From IMG/VR virus record IMGVR_UViG_3300027963_005443: DNA of 64,000 nucleotides; one strand, given 5' to 3'. This stretch comes from a virus. The position numbers were made by a program, and so were the translations under genes. This document shows positions 39,774 through 49,280 of the stretch, in pieces (position 1 is the first letter of the stretch; each line of letters starts with the position of its first letter). Under the pieces are notes generated by a model. It was not told where the DNA came from. It did not search any database and was given only the letters and a program-made list of their open reading frames with translations.

Positions 39774-40067
39774 CTACTTTGAAAGATATTTCTCGAGAGT
39801 GTCCCAAACATTTGAGCTCTTAATTCCTTCTGGCTTGGTTCCTCCGCCGGATCCGACTTGAGGCATTCCACCGCCCATATCGGGCATTCCTCCACTCATA
39901 GAAGGCATCCCGCTGCCCATGTCGGGCATTCCTCCACTCATGCTCGGAGCAGTAGGGTCGCTTGCGGGGGCGGCAGCAGGTCCAGCAGGAGCGGCAGGAG
40001 AGGCAGGACCAGCAGGAGCGGGAGCATCTGCTTCTTTTATTAATTTATAATTAGAATAAGATATCAT
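39774..40067 (-). CDS. Low-complexity Pro/Ala/Gly/Met protein with capsid-targeting-like N-terminus
   Basis: MISYSNYKLIKE; PSMSGGMPDMG twice. Confidence 0.65.
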   Translation of the reverse strand: MISYSNYKLIKEADAPAPAGPASPAAPAGPAAAPASDPTAPSMSGGMPDMGSGMPSMSGGMPDMGGGMPQVGSGGGTKPEGIKSSNVWDTLEKYLSK

Positions 40068-40082
40068 GTCATATATATGTAT

Positions 40083-40520
40083 ATGAGAAGCTTTAAAAAA
40101 TGGATGGAAGAAAAGACAGAAAATCCAGAAGAAGAGACTCTAGATATCCAACAGCCAATTGCATACCAACAAAATATGGTTGCAAGCGAAATAGAACCAG
40201 AAGAAAAAAGTTGGAGTGCCAAAAAGAAAGATATTTTAAAGTACTGGCGTGGGATACCAGAAATGCCTATAATGGCCACCCCGATAAGCAAAGACCATGA
40301 AGGAACGACATTTGATGAAGACACAATAAGAATTACAGGTCAGCCGAAGTTCATATATTCTGTTTTATCTAAATTAAAACAATTTTTGAACATGGAGTCT
40401 AAAGAAACAAAACTCCAATTATTATTTAAAAAATCAGAAAAACCAAATTTAGAAAATCCCTCAAAGAAAAGTTACGCATTTTATATTCAAGTCAAGGAAC
40501 GTGGTAGTAAATCAAAATGA
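40083..40520 (+). CDS. Hypothetical protein with capsid-targeting-like N-terminus
   Basis: MRSFKKWMEE from the ATG at 40083. Confidence 0.7.
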   Translation: MRSFKKWMEEKTENPEEETLDIQQPIAYQQNMVASEIEPEEKSWSAKKKDILKYWRGIPEMPIMATPISKDHEGTTFDEDTIRITGQPKFIYSVLSKLKQFLNMESKETKLQLLFKKSEKPNLENPSKKSYAFYIQVKERGSKSK

Positions 40521-41596
40521 TTGTTTCTGAGGAGCAAAAGGAAGTTATTAGAGGTGTTTTAAAAAACATTAATAATAATCAATTTTTGGGAATTGGTGGC
40601 TTAGCTGGTACCGGAAAAACTACAATTATAAAAATATTAAGACACAAACTCAAAAATTGGGCATTGGGAGCCTATACAGGCAAGGCCGCAAATGTGTTGA
40701 GGCAAAAAGGCAATCATGATGCGAGAACAATTCACAATCTAATATACTACCCAGCAAAAACAGAAGATGAAGAAACAGTTTGGCTACGGTATCCCACAGA
40801 AGAAATTCCATATGACGGCTTCATAATAGACGAAGCAAGTATGGTGGGAAAAGAAATACATGAGGATTTATTAAGTTTTAATAAACCAATAATCTATATT
40901 GGAGATCATGGACAATTAGAACCAATCGGAAGCAAATTTAATTTAATGAAGGATCCAGATTATAAACTGGAAACTATCCATAGAAATGCCGGAGAGATAG
41001 CACACTTTGCAGAACATTTGAGGAAAGGAAAAAATCCCCATTCATTTAAGTCAGAAAAAAAAGTAAAGATAGTAAAGAAAAATCTGATTAAAGATTCCTG
41101 CATGTCGAAGGCGGAACAGGTTATATGTGCATTTAATAAAACCAGAGCGAGTGTGAACAGACGAATAAGAACAAGTTTAGGTTTAGACGAGGTCCCAATA
41201 GCAATAAATGAAAGAATCATATGTTTAAAAAATAATAGAAGATTACAATTATTTAATGGGATGCAGGGGGTCGTGAAAGAACTCCATACTTTTAATAGAT
41301 TTAGCTTTGTTTCAGGAGATATTCTCTATCATAAAATACCTTATGATCACAATCAATTTGGTAAAGAAAAAAATGAATTTGAGTTTCAACAAGAAGATAA
41401 TCCATTCGACTATGCTTATGCTATAACGGCCCATAAGGCACAAGGCGATAGTTTTAGCACAGTAATAGTCTTGGAAGAAAAGTGTGACATGTGGGATCAC
41501 ACAAGATGGGCCTATACAGCAGCGAGTAGAGCAAAAAACATTCTTGTATGGGCTACGCAAGAAAACTATTTACCTAATTACTTAACTAGGGCATAA
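40517..41596 (+). CDS. Dda/RecD-like SF1B helicase
   Basis: GLAGTGKTT, IIDEASM, GDHGQL, YAYAITAHKAQG, YTAASRA. Confidence 0.9.
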   Translation: MIVSEEQKEVIRGVLKNINNNQFLGIGGLAGTGKTTIIKILRHKLKNWALGAYTGKAANVLRQKGNHDARTIHNLIYYPAKTEDEETVWLRYPTEEIPYDGFIIDEASMVGKEIHEDLLSFNKPIIYIGDHGQLEPIGSKFNLMKDPDYKLETIHRNAGEIAHFAEHLRKGKNPHSFKSEKKVKIVKKNLIKDSCMSKAEQVICAFNKTRASVNRRIRTSLGLDEVPIAINERIICLKNNRRLQLFNGMQGVVKELHTFNRFSFVSGDILYHKIPYDHNQFGKEKNEFEFQQEDNPFDYAYAITAHKAQGDSFSTVIVLEEKCDMWDHTRWAYTAASRAKNILVWATQENYLPNYLTRA

Positions 41597-41600
41597 GATT

Positions 41601-43022
41601 ATGCAAAACAAATTAATAATAAGCAACGACTACAGTTATTTCGTAAGCGATAATATTGAAATAAAATCTGTTCTCAATGGATGTCTAAAGTTCAGGGAAA
41701 AGAACTATTATCATAATCGTCGCTATAAAATGAAATTATGGGATGGCTATACAGAGTTCTTCCAAAAAGAAACCGGAAAGTTTTTAACAGGATTGATGCC
41801 TGAAATAAAAGCTGTCTTAAAGGCAAAGAACATACAATATACAGTCGAAGATAATAGAAATAAAATAAAATTCATTTACGAAACAGTAGATAAGAATTTT
41901 GGAAGCACATGGAAAGAAGAAAGAAACATAGAACTTTATGATTATCAAGTAGATTTTATAAATCAAGTTATAAAACACAATAGGGGCGTAATATTCGCTC
42001 CTACGAGCAGCGGTAAATCAGCCACTATGGTTGGCATATTAAAGTGTATACCCCCTAAAACTAAAATACTGGTGTTACAGAATAGATTAAGCCTCGCCAG
42101 TCAGAATTATGATGAAATAACCGGTTGGGGCTTTGAAAGTGTGGGCAAACTTTGGTCAGGAAAGAATGAGCCCGGTGATATAATGGTGGCGAATGTGCAA
42201 TCAATAGCAAAAATAGAGAAACAATTATCTGGGATACAGGTGCTTCTTGTCGATGAAATACATGACATGATGAGCAAACTGCCTAAGGCGGTATACAGAA
42301 GATTAAAAAACTGTCCTGTTCGAGTTGCTCTAAGCGCAACTCCTTTTAAATTTGGAGAGACAGATAAGGTTCAAAAATACTTTGTGAAAGGTTTCTTTGG
42401 CCCGGTTTTAAAAACTACAACCACAGAAACAGGAATATTGACAACCCAAGAATTGCAAAATAGAAAAATATTATCTAAATCAAAATGTACTTTCTATGAA
42501 GTAAATGAGCCGCAAATACCTCACGATGTCTATCTAGATGCCGTGACCCGGGGAATAGCGGAGAATTACACATTTCATAAAATGGTGGTAAAACTTGCAA
42601 AATCTTTAAAAGGAAGAACCCTTATCTTGGTTGATAGGATTGCGCATGGAGATGTGTTAAACAATATGATCAAAGATAGCATATGGGTGCAAGGTAAAGA
42701 TAATATGAAAACTAGAAAAGAAGCAGTTAAAATATTGCAAAAAAGCAAAGGCAATGTAACTATTTTGGCCACACAACAGATATTCAATACAGGCATTAAT
42801 GTATTTGTCCATAACCTAGTGAATGCTGCTGGCGGGCAGGCAGACCATCAAATAATACAGAGAATGGGTCGAGGTTTACGAACAGCCGATGATAAAGAAA
42901 TACTAAACTATTATGATTTCGTATTCAATATAAATAAATATCTACAGCAACATAGCGAGAAAAGAATAAAAATTCTTACTAAAGAGGGACATGAGGTTAA
43001 GATAGAGGAATTTAAAAACTAG
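41601..43022 (+). CDS. UvsW-like SF2 helicase
   Basis: APTSSGKS, VDEIH, SATP, QRMGRGLR. Confidence 0.9.
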   Translation: MQNKLIISNDYSYFVSDNIEIKSVLNGCLKFREKNYYHNRRYKMKLWDGYTEFFQKETGKFLTGLMPEIKAVLKAKNIQYTVEDNRNKIKFIYETVDKNFGSTWKEERNIELYDYQVDFINQVIKHNRGVIFAPTSSGKSATMVGILKCIPPKTKILVLQNRLSLASQNYDEITGWGFESVGKLWSGKNEPGDIMVANVQSIAKIEKQLSGIQVLLVDEIHDMMSKLPKAVYRRLKNCPVRVALSATPFKFGETDKVQKYFVKGFFGPVLKTTTTETGILTTQELQNRKILSKSKCTFYEVNEPQIPHDVYLDAVTRGIAENYTFHKMVVKLAKSLKGRTLILVDRIAHGDVLNNMIKDSIWVQGKDNMKTRKEAVKILQKSKGNVTILATQQIFNTGINVFVHNLVNAAGGQADHQIIQRMGRGLRTADDKEILNYYDFVFNINKYLQQHSEKRIKILTKEGHEVKIEEFKN

Positions 43023-43034
43023 TAGATCTTAGTT

Positions 43035-43907
43035 TTACTTAATATCCCCTATTTTACCTTGTGGGGCAAAGCCAACATCTCCTGGCTTAACATCGGTTGG
43101 AACCTCTGCATTGGCAATATCATATTCGCCATAACCGCTATCCCATTTCATCTGAACTGGTGCGGTTTGATTATTAAAGCTGTTCCACCACGATTCCTCT
43201 GACTCTGTTTCGCTGTCTGTTGCGACTTCCTCTTTTTTTACTTTTTTGCTTTTATTCTTTTTAAGAATTGCATCTTGCAATGCCTTGGGAAGTTTCTTTT
43301 GTTTTTCAGTAAGTCCTTCTTCATCTTCATCTTCATCTTCATCTTCATCTTCATCTTCATCTTCATGCTTTTTACTTTTATTCTTTTTAAGAATTGCATC
43401 TTGCAATGCCTTGGGAAGTTTCTTTTGTTTTTCAGTAAGTCCTTCTTCTTTTACCTCTTCTTCGTCTTCGTCTTCGTCTTCGTCTTCGTCGGATTCTTCG
43501 TCTTCGTCTGAGTCTTCGTCTGAGTCTTCGTCTGAGTCTTCGTCAGAATCCTCTTCATCATGTCCACCATCTTCATTATCTTTTCTTTTATCTTTTTTAT
43601 CATCTTTTTTCTCCTCTTTCTCTAGGTCGGCGTCGTCTTCATCTGAATCCATTTTCTTGCTACTGCAGGCACATTTGCTACATTTACTGCATCCACACCC
43701 ACCAGAACCGGGTTTATCTTTTTCAGCGGCAACCTTAACGATCTCGCCGTCCTCTTCGTCTTCTTCGACATCTACATTTTTCTTTTCTTCTAACTCTACA
43801 CCAGTTGGGGCCGCTAGACCTACATTCTGCATGGGTCTCAAACCCAGATTAAAAGCAGATGAAAAAACTGACTCGTTTAGATTTTTCCAGTCCTTGTAAC
43901 TAAGCAT
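43035..43907 (-). CDS. Acidic low-complexity protein with capsid-targeting-like N-terminus (possible prohead core/internal protein)
   Basis: MLSYKDWKNLNE; DE runs; EEGLTEKQKKLPKALQDAILKKNKSKK occurs twice. Confidence 0.75.
   Translation of the reverse strand: MLSYKDWKNLNESVFSSAFNLGLRPMQNVGLAAPTGVELEEKKNVDVEEDEEDGEIVKVAAEKDKPGSGGCGCSKCSKCACSSKKMDSDEDDADLEKEEKKDDKKDKRKDNEDGGHDEEDSDEDSDEDSDEDSDEDEESDEDEDEDEDEEEVKEEGLTEKQKKLPKALQDAILKKNKSKKHEDEDEDEDEDEDEDEEGLTEKQKKLPKALQDAILKKNKSKKVKKEEVATDSETESEESWWNSFNNQTAPVQMKWDSGYGEYDIANAEVPTDVKPGDVGFAPQGKIGDIK
43249..43448. repeat. Internal 74-bp exact direct repeat (43249..43322 = 43375..43448) separated by a TCTTCA run
   Basis: Seen directly at offset 126. 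Confidence 0.85.
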
Positions 43908-43961
43908 TATTTCTACCTCTTAAAAAAGATTATAAATTTATATATGCAATAAGATGCTTTT

Positions 43962-44336
43962 TTATTGTGACAAAAAATTAATAAATTGTTCTTTGCCTTT
44001 ATAACCAACTATATTTTTCTCTATTTCTCCGTTCTCGTCCAGAATAAAGACTGCCGGTACTGTTTTGACTTTATATTTTTTAACCATATCCAAATCTTTT
44101 TCGATATCAGAATGAAGTATAATATAGGATGATAGGATGTTCTTGACATCATCATCATTATTTATTAAATTTTCAAGTTTTTTGCACCAACTGCAGTATT
44201 TTCCAGAAAATAAAATAATAGTCTTTTTATCCTCTGATTTAGCTAATTTAACAGTCTCTGTTGTCATGTCTTGGGAGAAACTGGCGCCTTGGATAATAAA
44301 TAATGATAAAAATAAGTAAATAAATATTCTGTTCAT
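43962..44336 (-). CDS. Thioredoxin-fold protein with signal peptide
   Basis: FSGKYCSWCKKL, YKVKTVPAVF. Confidence 0.85.
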   Translation of the reverse strand: MNRIFIYLFLSLFIIQGASFSQDMTTETVKLAKSEDKKTIILFSGKYCSWCKKLENLINNDDDVKNILSSYIILHSDIEKDLDMVKKYKVKTVPAVFILDENGEIEKNIVGYKGKEQFINFLSQ

Positions 44337-44375
44337 ATAAAAATCCTTCTATTGAATGTCTTAGATATATTATAT

Positions 44376-45026
44376 ATGCCTAAAAAAATAATAATAGCGT
44401 TACTAACATTGTTAATTCTGCTTGTTTACTTTAAAAAAACAGAAAATATACCAAAAATAGATATAAAACATATAAAAAAAATAAATAATTTCTATTCAAA
44501 AAATTCAAATATAACAATATCAAAATACTTTATAAAAGAAAAATACACAGCTTCTATATTTTTGGAGGGTGACAATTTTAGAATATTAGCTTATAAAAAA
44601 AACAATTTAGAATTAGATGTAGGTTGCAATCAAAAATATTTCTGGTACTGGGATTCGGCTCAATCTTTAATGTATTACTCGGATAGAGCTGCAGCTCCTA
44701 TTGTATTCAACCAAGTCTTAGATCCAGATTGTTTTTTAAATTTATTTAACAATGAATCTGGGGTGGTGAAAATCAATGATAAAAAAGTATCAACCACATT
44801 CGATGAAAAAAATACAATATATAAAAAAATCTATAATCTTGAAGATGCAATAATATTAAAAGCACATGTAATCTATCAAGACAATCTTCCAAAAGAAATA
44901 GTTTTATTTTATACAGAGAATAGTGTGTCTATACAAATAGAAATAAAAGACGTTGTTGCCAACAAAAAATATGACAACAACGTCTTGGAGATTCCAGATA
45001 TTAAATCAGAAAAATTACTTCCCTAA
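44376..45026 (+). CDS. Hypothetical membrane-anchored protein
   Basis: N-terminal hydrophobic helix; likely start MPKK at 44376. Confidence 0.55.
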   Translation: MPKKIIIALLTLLILLVYFKKTENIPKIDIKHIKKINNFYSKNSNITISKYFIKEKYTASIFLEGDNFRILAYKKNNLELDVGCNQKYFWYWDSAQSLMYYSDRAAAPIVFNQVLDPDCFLNLFNNESGVVKINDKKVSTTFDEKNTIYKKIYNLEDAIILKAHVIYQDNLPKEIVLFYTENSVSIQIEIKDVVANKKYDNNVLEIPDIKSEKLLP

Positions 45027-45224
45027 AGCCTTTTTAATGGCCTCTTGTCTGATTTTCTCGACCTCTCTCTTGTCCAAAGATAATCCAGCTGGACTCTGTG
45101 GAGCCGATCTTGGATTAAGATTTTGAGTACTGACTATGCTTCCATTTACCCTTGCTTGGGTAACATTTGGAACAATTGCTGATCTTGTATTTCTGCTAGC
45201 ATTTTTGCCACATCCACATCCCAT
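45015..45224 (-). CDS. Small MGCGC-motif protein
   Basis: Strong AAGGAGG ribosome-binding site; begins MGCGCGKN. Confidence 0.7.
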   Translation of the reverse strand: MGCGCGKNASRNTRSAIVPNVTQARVNGSIVSTQNLNPRSAPQSPAGLSLDKREVEKIRQEAIKKALGK

Positions 45225-45276
45225 GATAATCCTCCTTGTTTAATTTGGGTGTATAATCGACCTAATAATATATATG

Positions 45277-45308
45277 AAAAAACCCCCCAATTTTATTCGG
45301 GGGGTTTT
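45277..45308 (-). terminator. Rho-independent terminator
   Basis: AAAACCCCCC-loop-GGGGGGTTTTTT downstream of 45338..45622. Confidence 0.75.
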
Positions 45309-45337
45309 ATCAGAGATAATTTTAATTATAAAAATTA

Positions 45338-45622
45338 TCAAACAGCAATTGGACGTCTCTTTGTTCTACGAGGCTTTGGCGGAATTGACATTGAAGCCTT
45401 CTTGACGATTGCATTACCCTTCTCAATAATCTTAACCTGGTTGAAGCCGAACCTCTTTGCAATGGTTTTGGCAGCAGTAATCAGGGCAGATCTTGTCTGA
45501 AAATGGGTGGAATCACCCGTTCTCTTCTGAAGCTTCGTTGGGCAAAGCCCATCGACATTTACAATACCTTCGAACCAAGACTTGCCAGAAACAACCTTAA
45601 CCTTCATAGTCGAATTAGACAT
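45338..45622 (-). CDS. Hypothetical basic protein, standalone transcription unit
   Basis: 94 aa, GAAAGG ribosome-binding site, own promoter and terminator. Confidence 0.7.
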   Translation of the reverse strand: MSNSTMKVKVVSGKSWFEGIVNVDGLCPTKLQKRTGDSTHFQTRSALITAAKTIAKRFGFNQVKIIEKGNAIVKKASMSIPPKPRRTKRRPIAV

Positions 45623-45648
45623 AAATTAACCTTTCAAAAAGTAATTAA

Positions 45649-45704
45649 ATTAAAGAATCATTTCTTTAATACGACTATTATACACATAAAAATAACAAAA
45701 TCAA
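45649..45704 (-). promoter_or_regulatory. sigma70-type promoter with downstream inverted repeat
   Basis: TTGATT(45704-45699)-16nt-TATAAT(45682-45677); ATTAAAGA-6nt-TCTTTAAT at 45649-45670. Confidence 0.55.
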
Positions 45705-45770
45705 TAAAAATTTTTGAAACCTAAATACTATATAATTAAGATTCTGATTCTGAGATTAAAGGAGATAATT

Positions 45771-46013
45771 ATGAAGAATTTTATTGATTGGGCCGGAGAA
45801 AACAAAAAAGAACTTCCCCTATTCAATCTCGATGAAAAAACACACAGAGGCTCAATTGCAACGTGGGCATACCCAGATGCCGCTGCACGAGCGCAGTATC
45901 CAGCCGGATACTTCCTTCCAATAGCAGCCGACGCCATGTTCAAGCTATTTGGAGACAAAGCTAAAAAAGATAAGTCACTGGAAACAGCCCTAGAGGATAA
46001 GGCTGCTGAGTGA
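45771..46013 (+). CDS. Small protein with capsid-targeting-like N-terminus
   Basis: AAGGAG ribosome-binding site; MKNFIDWAGE. Confidence 0.7.
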   Translation: MKNFIDWAGENKKELPLFNLDEKTHRGSIATWAYPDAAARAQYPAGYFLPIAADAMFKLFGDKAKKDKSLETALEDKAAE

Positions 46014-46029
46014 GTTTAAATTACAATTA

Positions 46030-46068
46030 AAAACAGCATAGGCTACAATTAATAGCCTATGCTGTTTT
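46030..46068 (+). terminator. Rho-independent terminator (16-bp stem)
   Basis: AAAACAGCATAGGCTA-7nt-TAGCCTATGCTGTTTT. Confidence 0.8.
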
Positions 46069-46074
46069 GTTTAT

Positions 46075-46108
46075 AAAGCCAGGATTTTAGTCTTACAAAA
46101 ATCCCGGC
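46075..46108 (-). terminator. Rho-independent terminator for the recA/GNAT transcript
   Basis: Minus strand GCCGGGATTTT-loop-AAAATCCTGGC followed by TTT; one G-U pair favours the minus strand. Confidence 0.6.
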
Positions 46109-46187
46109 ATAAAATCTACGGCCCTGGATAAAGTGGGTACCCGCTACCACAGACCACAAAGGTCTCCAATTTCAAGGCGTAAGATTA

Positions 46188-46601
46188 CTAAAATATCTTT
46201 ATATATTTCATCCCTAGACTTTGAGCTATTTTGTACGAATCTTCTGAAAAAACTGCCAGTGGTTGATTTTTAATAAAATCACCATTAGCAATTAACATAG
46301 AAAATGCAAGTGTAGCAAAGCCCTTTCTCCTATGGGCAGGAAGGGTGAATGCATGATAAGCTTGAATTTTATTCCATTGACTTGAGGACGCCCAGGATAC
46401 CATTAATCCTTTATCCTCGACAATTGACAATTTTTTCAAGCACCTGGAATTTTTTCTATTAATAAGTTGCTTTTTTAATTCAGAATCATCAAGTGTTAAC
46501 TTATTAATAAAAATTTCATTTTCTTTTTCAGTAAGATTATAGGCGGCTGCTGTCTTGCAGACTAATTTAGTCTCAAGAAAGTTCTGCGTCGATAATATCA
46601 T
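46188..46601 (-). CDS. GNAT-family acetyltransferase
   Basis: FTLPAHRRKGFATLAF (GNAT motif A); likely start 46601, overlapping the recA end. Confidence 0.7.
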   Translation of the reverse strand: MILSTQNFLETKLVCKTAAAYNLTEKENEIFINKLTLDDSELKKQLINRKNSRCLKKLSIVEDKGLMVSWASSSQWNKIQAYHAFTLPAHRRKGFATLAFSMLIANGDFIKNQPLAVFSEDSYKIAQSLGMKYIKIF

Positions 46602-47790
46602 CGATGTTTTCATCCTCGGAGACCGTGGTTTCAACAACATCACCTGATATCTCGAAATTAATAGCACCCATATAAGGCTCCAAGTATTCTTCTATTTGTT
46701 GCCTGGATTCAGCATCTATTAACTTTGGATTTTTAAGCAATATTTCCATTGGAATATCGTTTCTCTCCATACTGGACTTAAACTTATTGCTTTCTTTATC
46801 CTCTCCCAAATAATCATCTTTAATTATGAAATTACCAGCACTCTTCGCTTCAATTCTATCTGCCTCTAGTAGACAGCTCAAGAGGCCTGTGAGAGGATTA
46901 ATACCCTTGTCAAAAAGCAACTGAATACCTTCTGACTCAACAAAGGGACGATGAGTCTTATTCTTTACATTTTTAATTTTAACATTAACACCTAAAATTT
47001 TTGCTTTCTTAGCAGAAATTTTTCTTTCTATTTTTCTCTGAGTCTGCGGACGAAGACGACAACTGGCGTAGAATGGCAGGGCGTTGCCACCACCGGCAGT
47101 AGTTTCTGGATTGCCATACATCACGCCTATTTTATCTCTAGTCTGGTTCAGGATGATGACAGTGGCACCAGTAGATTCCATAACGCTGTTCAACTTCCTG
47201 AACTCTCTGGAGCAGATTTTGGCACGCTCGCCGGGTTGTTCATTTCCACCAACGATTTTTTTGTATGTGGCCTTGTCATAATCTTCTGGGAGATCTACCT
47301 CTCTGAGTTCTCTAGCGCTGGGGCTAACGCCAATTGAATCATATACGATTACAATTGGAACATCTTTCTTTACCTTTCGAACTTTTTCAATAACGGAATA
47401 CATCTTGGCAAAAACATCCTCTAAGGATTGAGGAGTATATCTCAATATCTTCCCGAGATCACAATGGCTTGCCTTTTTAATAAATTCTTTATTTGCACTA
47501 TTTTCACAGTCAAGAAGGACCGGGACTCCACCCATCTTCTGGCAGCCGAAAAGAATATTTGTACCAAATAGACTCTTGGCGCTACTAGATGGTCCGTATA
47601 TTTCGGTTAATTTACCACCGGGAATACCGCCTCCCATAAATTTACCGCTACAAATATAGTTTAGAGCAAGACTTCCTGTGTCAATAAAGTAGTTCACACT
47701 ATCAATCTTCTCGAGAACGTCGCCGCCAGTTTGGCTCGCAATGTCCTGGAAGAAGGAGTCCATATCATCATTGTTTTTTCTTTTAGCCAT
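46573..47790 (-). CDS. recA: RecA/UvsX-like recombinase
   Basis: [55 protein letters not shown]. Confidence 0.93.
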   Translation of the reverse strand: [405 protein letters not shown]

Positions 47791-47810
47791 CTTAATTATT
47801 CCTTTTAATA

Positions 47811-47858
47811 AAAAAAGACCGTGGGATCAAAGGACCAATTTCTTTTGATCCCACGGTC
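47811..47858 (-). terminator. Rho-independent terminator after the SSB gene
   Basis: GACCGTGGGATCAAA / TTTGATCCCACGGTC 15-bp stem plus a U-run on the minus strand. Confidence 0.8.
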
Positions 47859-47883
47859 AGACTCACACGCAACACTTTAGTTT

Positions 47884-48840
47884 TTATAGATCATCTATTT
47901 CTTTGAGAAATTCATCATCCGCCATGACTTCTTCTTCAACTGCTGTGGAGGAAGGAGCGGAATCTAAACCTAGATCTACCTCTTCCTTGGGCTTGGCAGT
48001 TTTCTTTGATGCAGATGCAGATGAAGTAAATTCACTCGCATCAAAATCTTCATTCGAACCATCTTCAACTAGGCCCAAATGAACCTTCAATGCATGCTTT
48101 AGTTCATCTTCAGACTTCAAGACTCGTATAGACTGGAGGTCGTGGAGATTGCTCAGCCAATTTTCAACTTCCTTTGGCTCGCCCAGAGGGGAAGCTTCAA
48201 CAAACTTGGACTGGTCGTAGTTTGGATAATCTCCAACTATCTTCTTGACAAGCTTGAAATCCCTTCCTGTCTTGGGGTTGGTGATGTCACCCAATGCTTC
48301 TTCTCCGGCAGCTTCATCCCCAACGATTGCCCGCATAATCATGCCATGGATTGTCTTTCCGCAGCTAAATATCTTGGGACCAATATTCTTAACCATTTCA
48401 CCGGTTTTAATGTCTTTTTCTTGACGAACTATAACATTATAATAGTATCGCTCAATTCCCTTTAGTTCACGATATTGATTTCTAAGTTCATCTTGAGCCT
48501 TACCAGAGACTTTTTCACTCTTGGCCCAAAGATCCCTGAGATACTTATCGATAATGCTATTATCACCGGTCCATCTAAGACCCTTGTCAGTCTTCGTCAG
48601 TTGCTTTGGGCTAAAGAAAACTCTTTTGTTCCCATTATTGTCTCTGAGCATGTGGTACTTGGCAGCACAGAACAGCGGCTCACCCTTTTTTCGGGGCAAA
48701 AATCGAAGAACAATAAAAGAATTTCCGTCAGGCATACGGACATAATTATTGTTGCCCTCAGAATTTTGTTGACCCTTGGAATTAACTCTACCCGATTCCA
48801 GTTCAATTTCACTTAGATCTAACGCATCATAGTCAGCCAT
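47884..48840 (-). CDS. T4 gp32-like single-stranded DNA-binding protein
   Basis: VLRFLP, RYYYNVIV, GRDFKL, YPNYDQSKF, acidic C-terminal tail. Confidence 0.85.
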   Translation of the reverse strand: MADYDALDLSEIELESGRVNSKGQQNSEGNNNYVRMPDGNSFIVLRFLPRKKGEPLFCAAKYHMLRDNNGNKRVFFSPKQLTKTDKGLRWTGDNSIIDKYLRDLWAKSEKVSGKAQDELRNQYRELKGIERYYYNVIVRQEKDIKTGEMVKNIGPKIFSCGKTIHGMIMRAIVGDEAAGEEALGDITNPKTGRDFKLVKKIVGDYPNYDQSKFVEASPLGEPKEVENWLSNLHDLQSIRVLKSEDELKHALKVHLGLVEDGSNEDFDASEFTSSASASKKTAKPKEEVDLGLDSAPSSTAVEEEVMADDEFLKEIDDL

Positions 48841-48885
48841 GATATTTTCTTTCTTTATTTGAGTTCAAGAATAAACGATAAGTAG

Positions 48886-48894
48886 ATTATAACA
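48886..48894 (-). promoter_or_regulatory. Extended -10 promoter element upstream of the gp32-like gene
   Basis: TGTTATAAT on the minus strand. Confidence 0.45.
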
Positions 48895-48902
48895 AGTTTT
48901 TT

Positions 48903-49274
48903 TCATTGTTCAATAGCAGGGATATTTTTTTCTTGCTCTTGAGTTTCATCTTGAACAATCGAATCTGTCATTTTCTCTTTTTGCTCTTTTTCTTTGAGAT
49001 ATTCCTGTTCTAAAGCCTCTAATATCTTTAAATTATTTTCTAATTTAGCCTTTATTGCTTCATCCTTCATTTTTTTAACATCTTCTCCTGTGGGATTTCT
49101 CAAAAAAGGTTTTTCTTTTCCGTTTTTAAGTCCATACTCAGTCTCAAATCTAATTTGATCAATTCTTTCTTTTTTTCTCTGATCCCTGAAGGCTTTCCTA
49201 CGAGCCAAGACCCTCGCTCGTGATTTTAACTTTTTATTTTGCTTTTTTCTCTCTTGTTGTTTTTTAGTAGCCAT
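48903..49274 (-). CDS. Hypothetical basic coiled-coil protein
   Basis: 123 aa, K/R-rich N-terminus. Confidence 0.6.
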   Translation of the reverse strand: MATKKQQERKKQNKKLKSRARVLARRKAFRDQRKKERIDQIRFETEYGLKNGKEKPFLRNPTGEDVKKMKDEAIKAKLENNLKILEALEQEYLKEKEQKEKMTDSIVQDETQEQEKNIPAIEQ

Positions 49275-49280
49275 AAATTT

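Noticed and set aside
39774-40067. Chaperone (GroEL/DnaK) fragment suggested by GGM repeats
   Set aside because: Only a low-complexity MSGGMPDMG similarity; no chaperone domain present.
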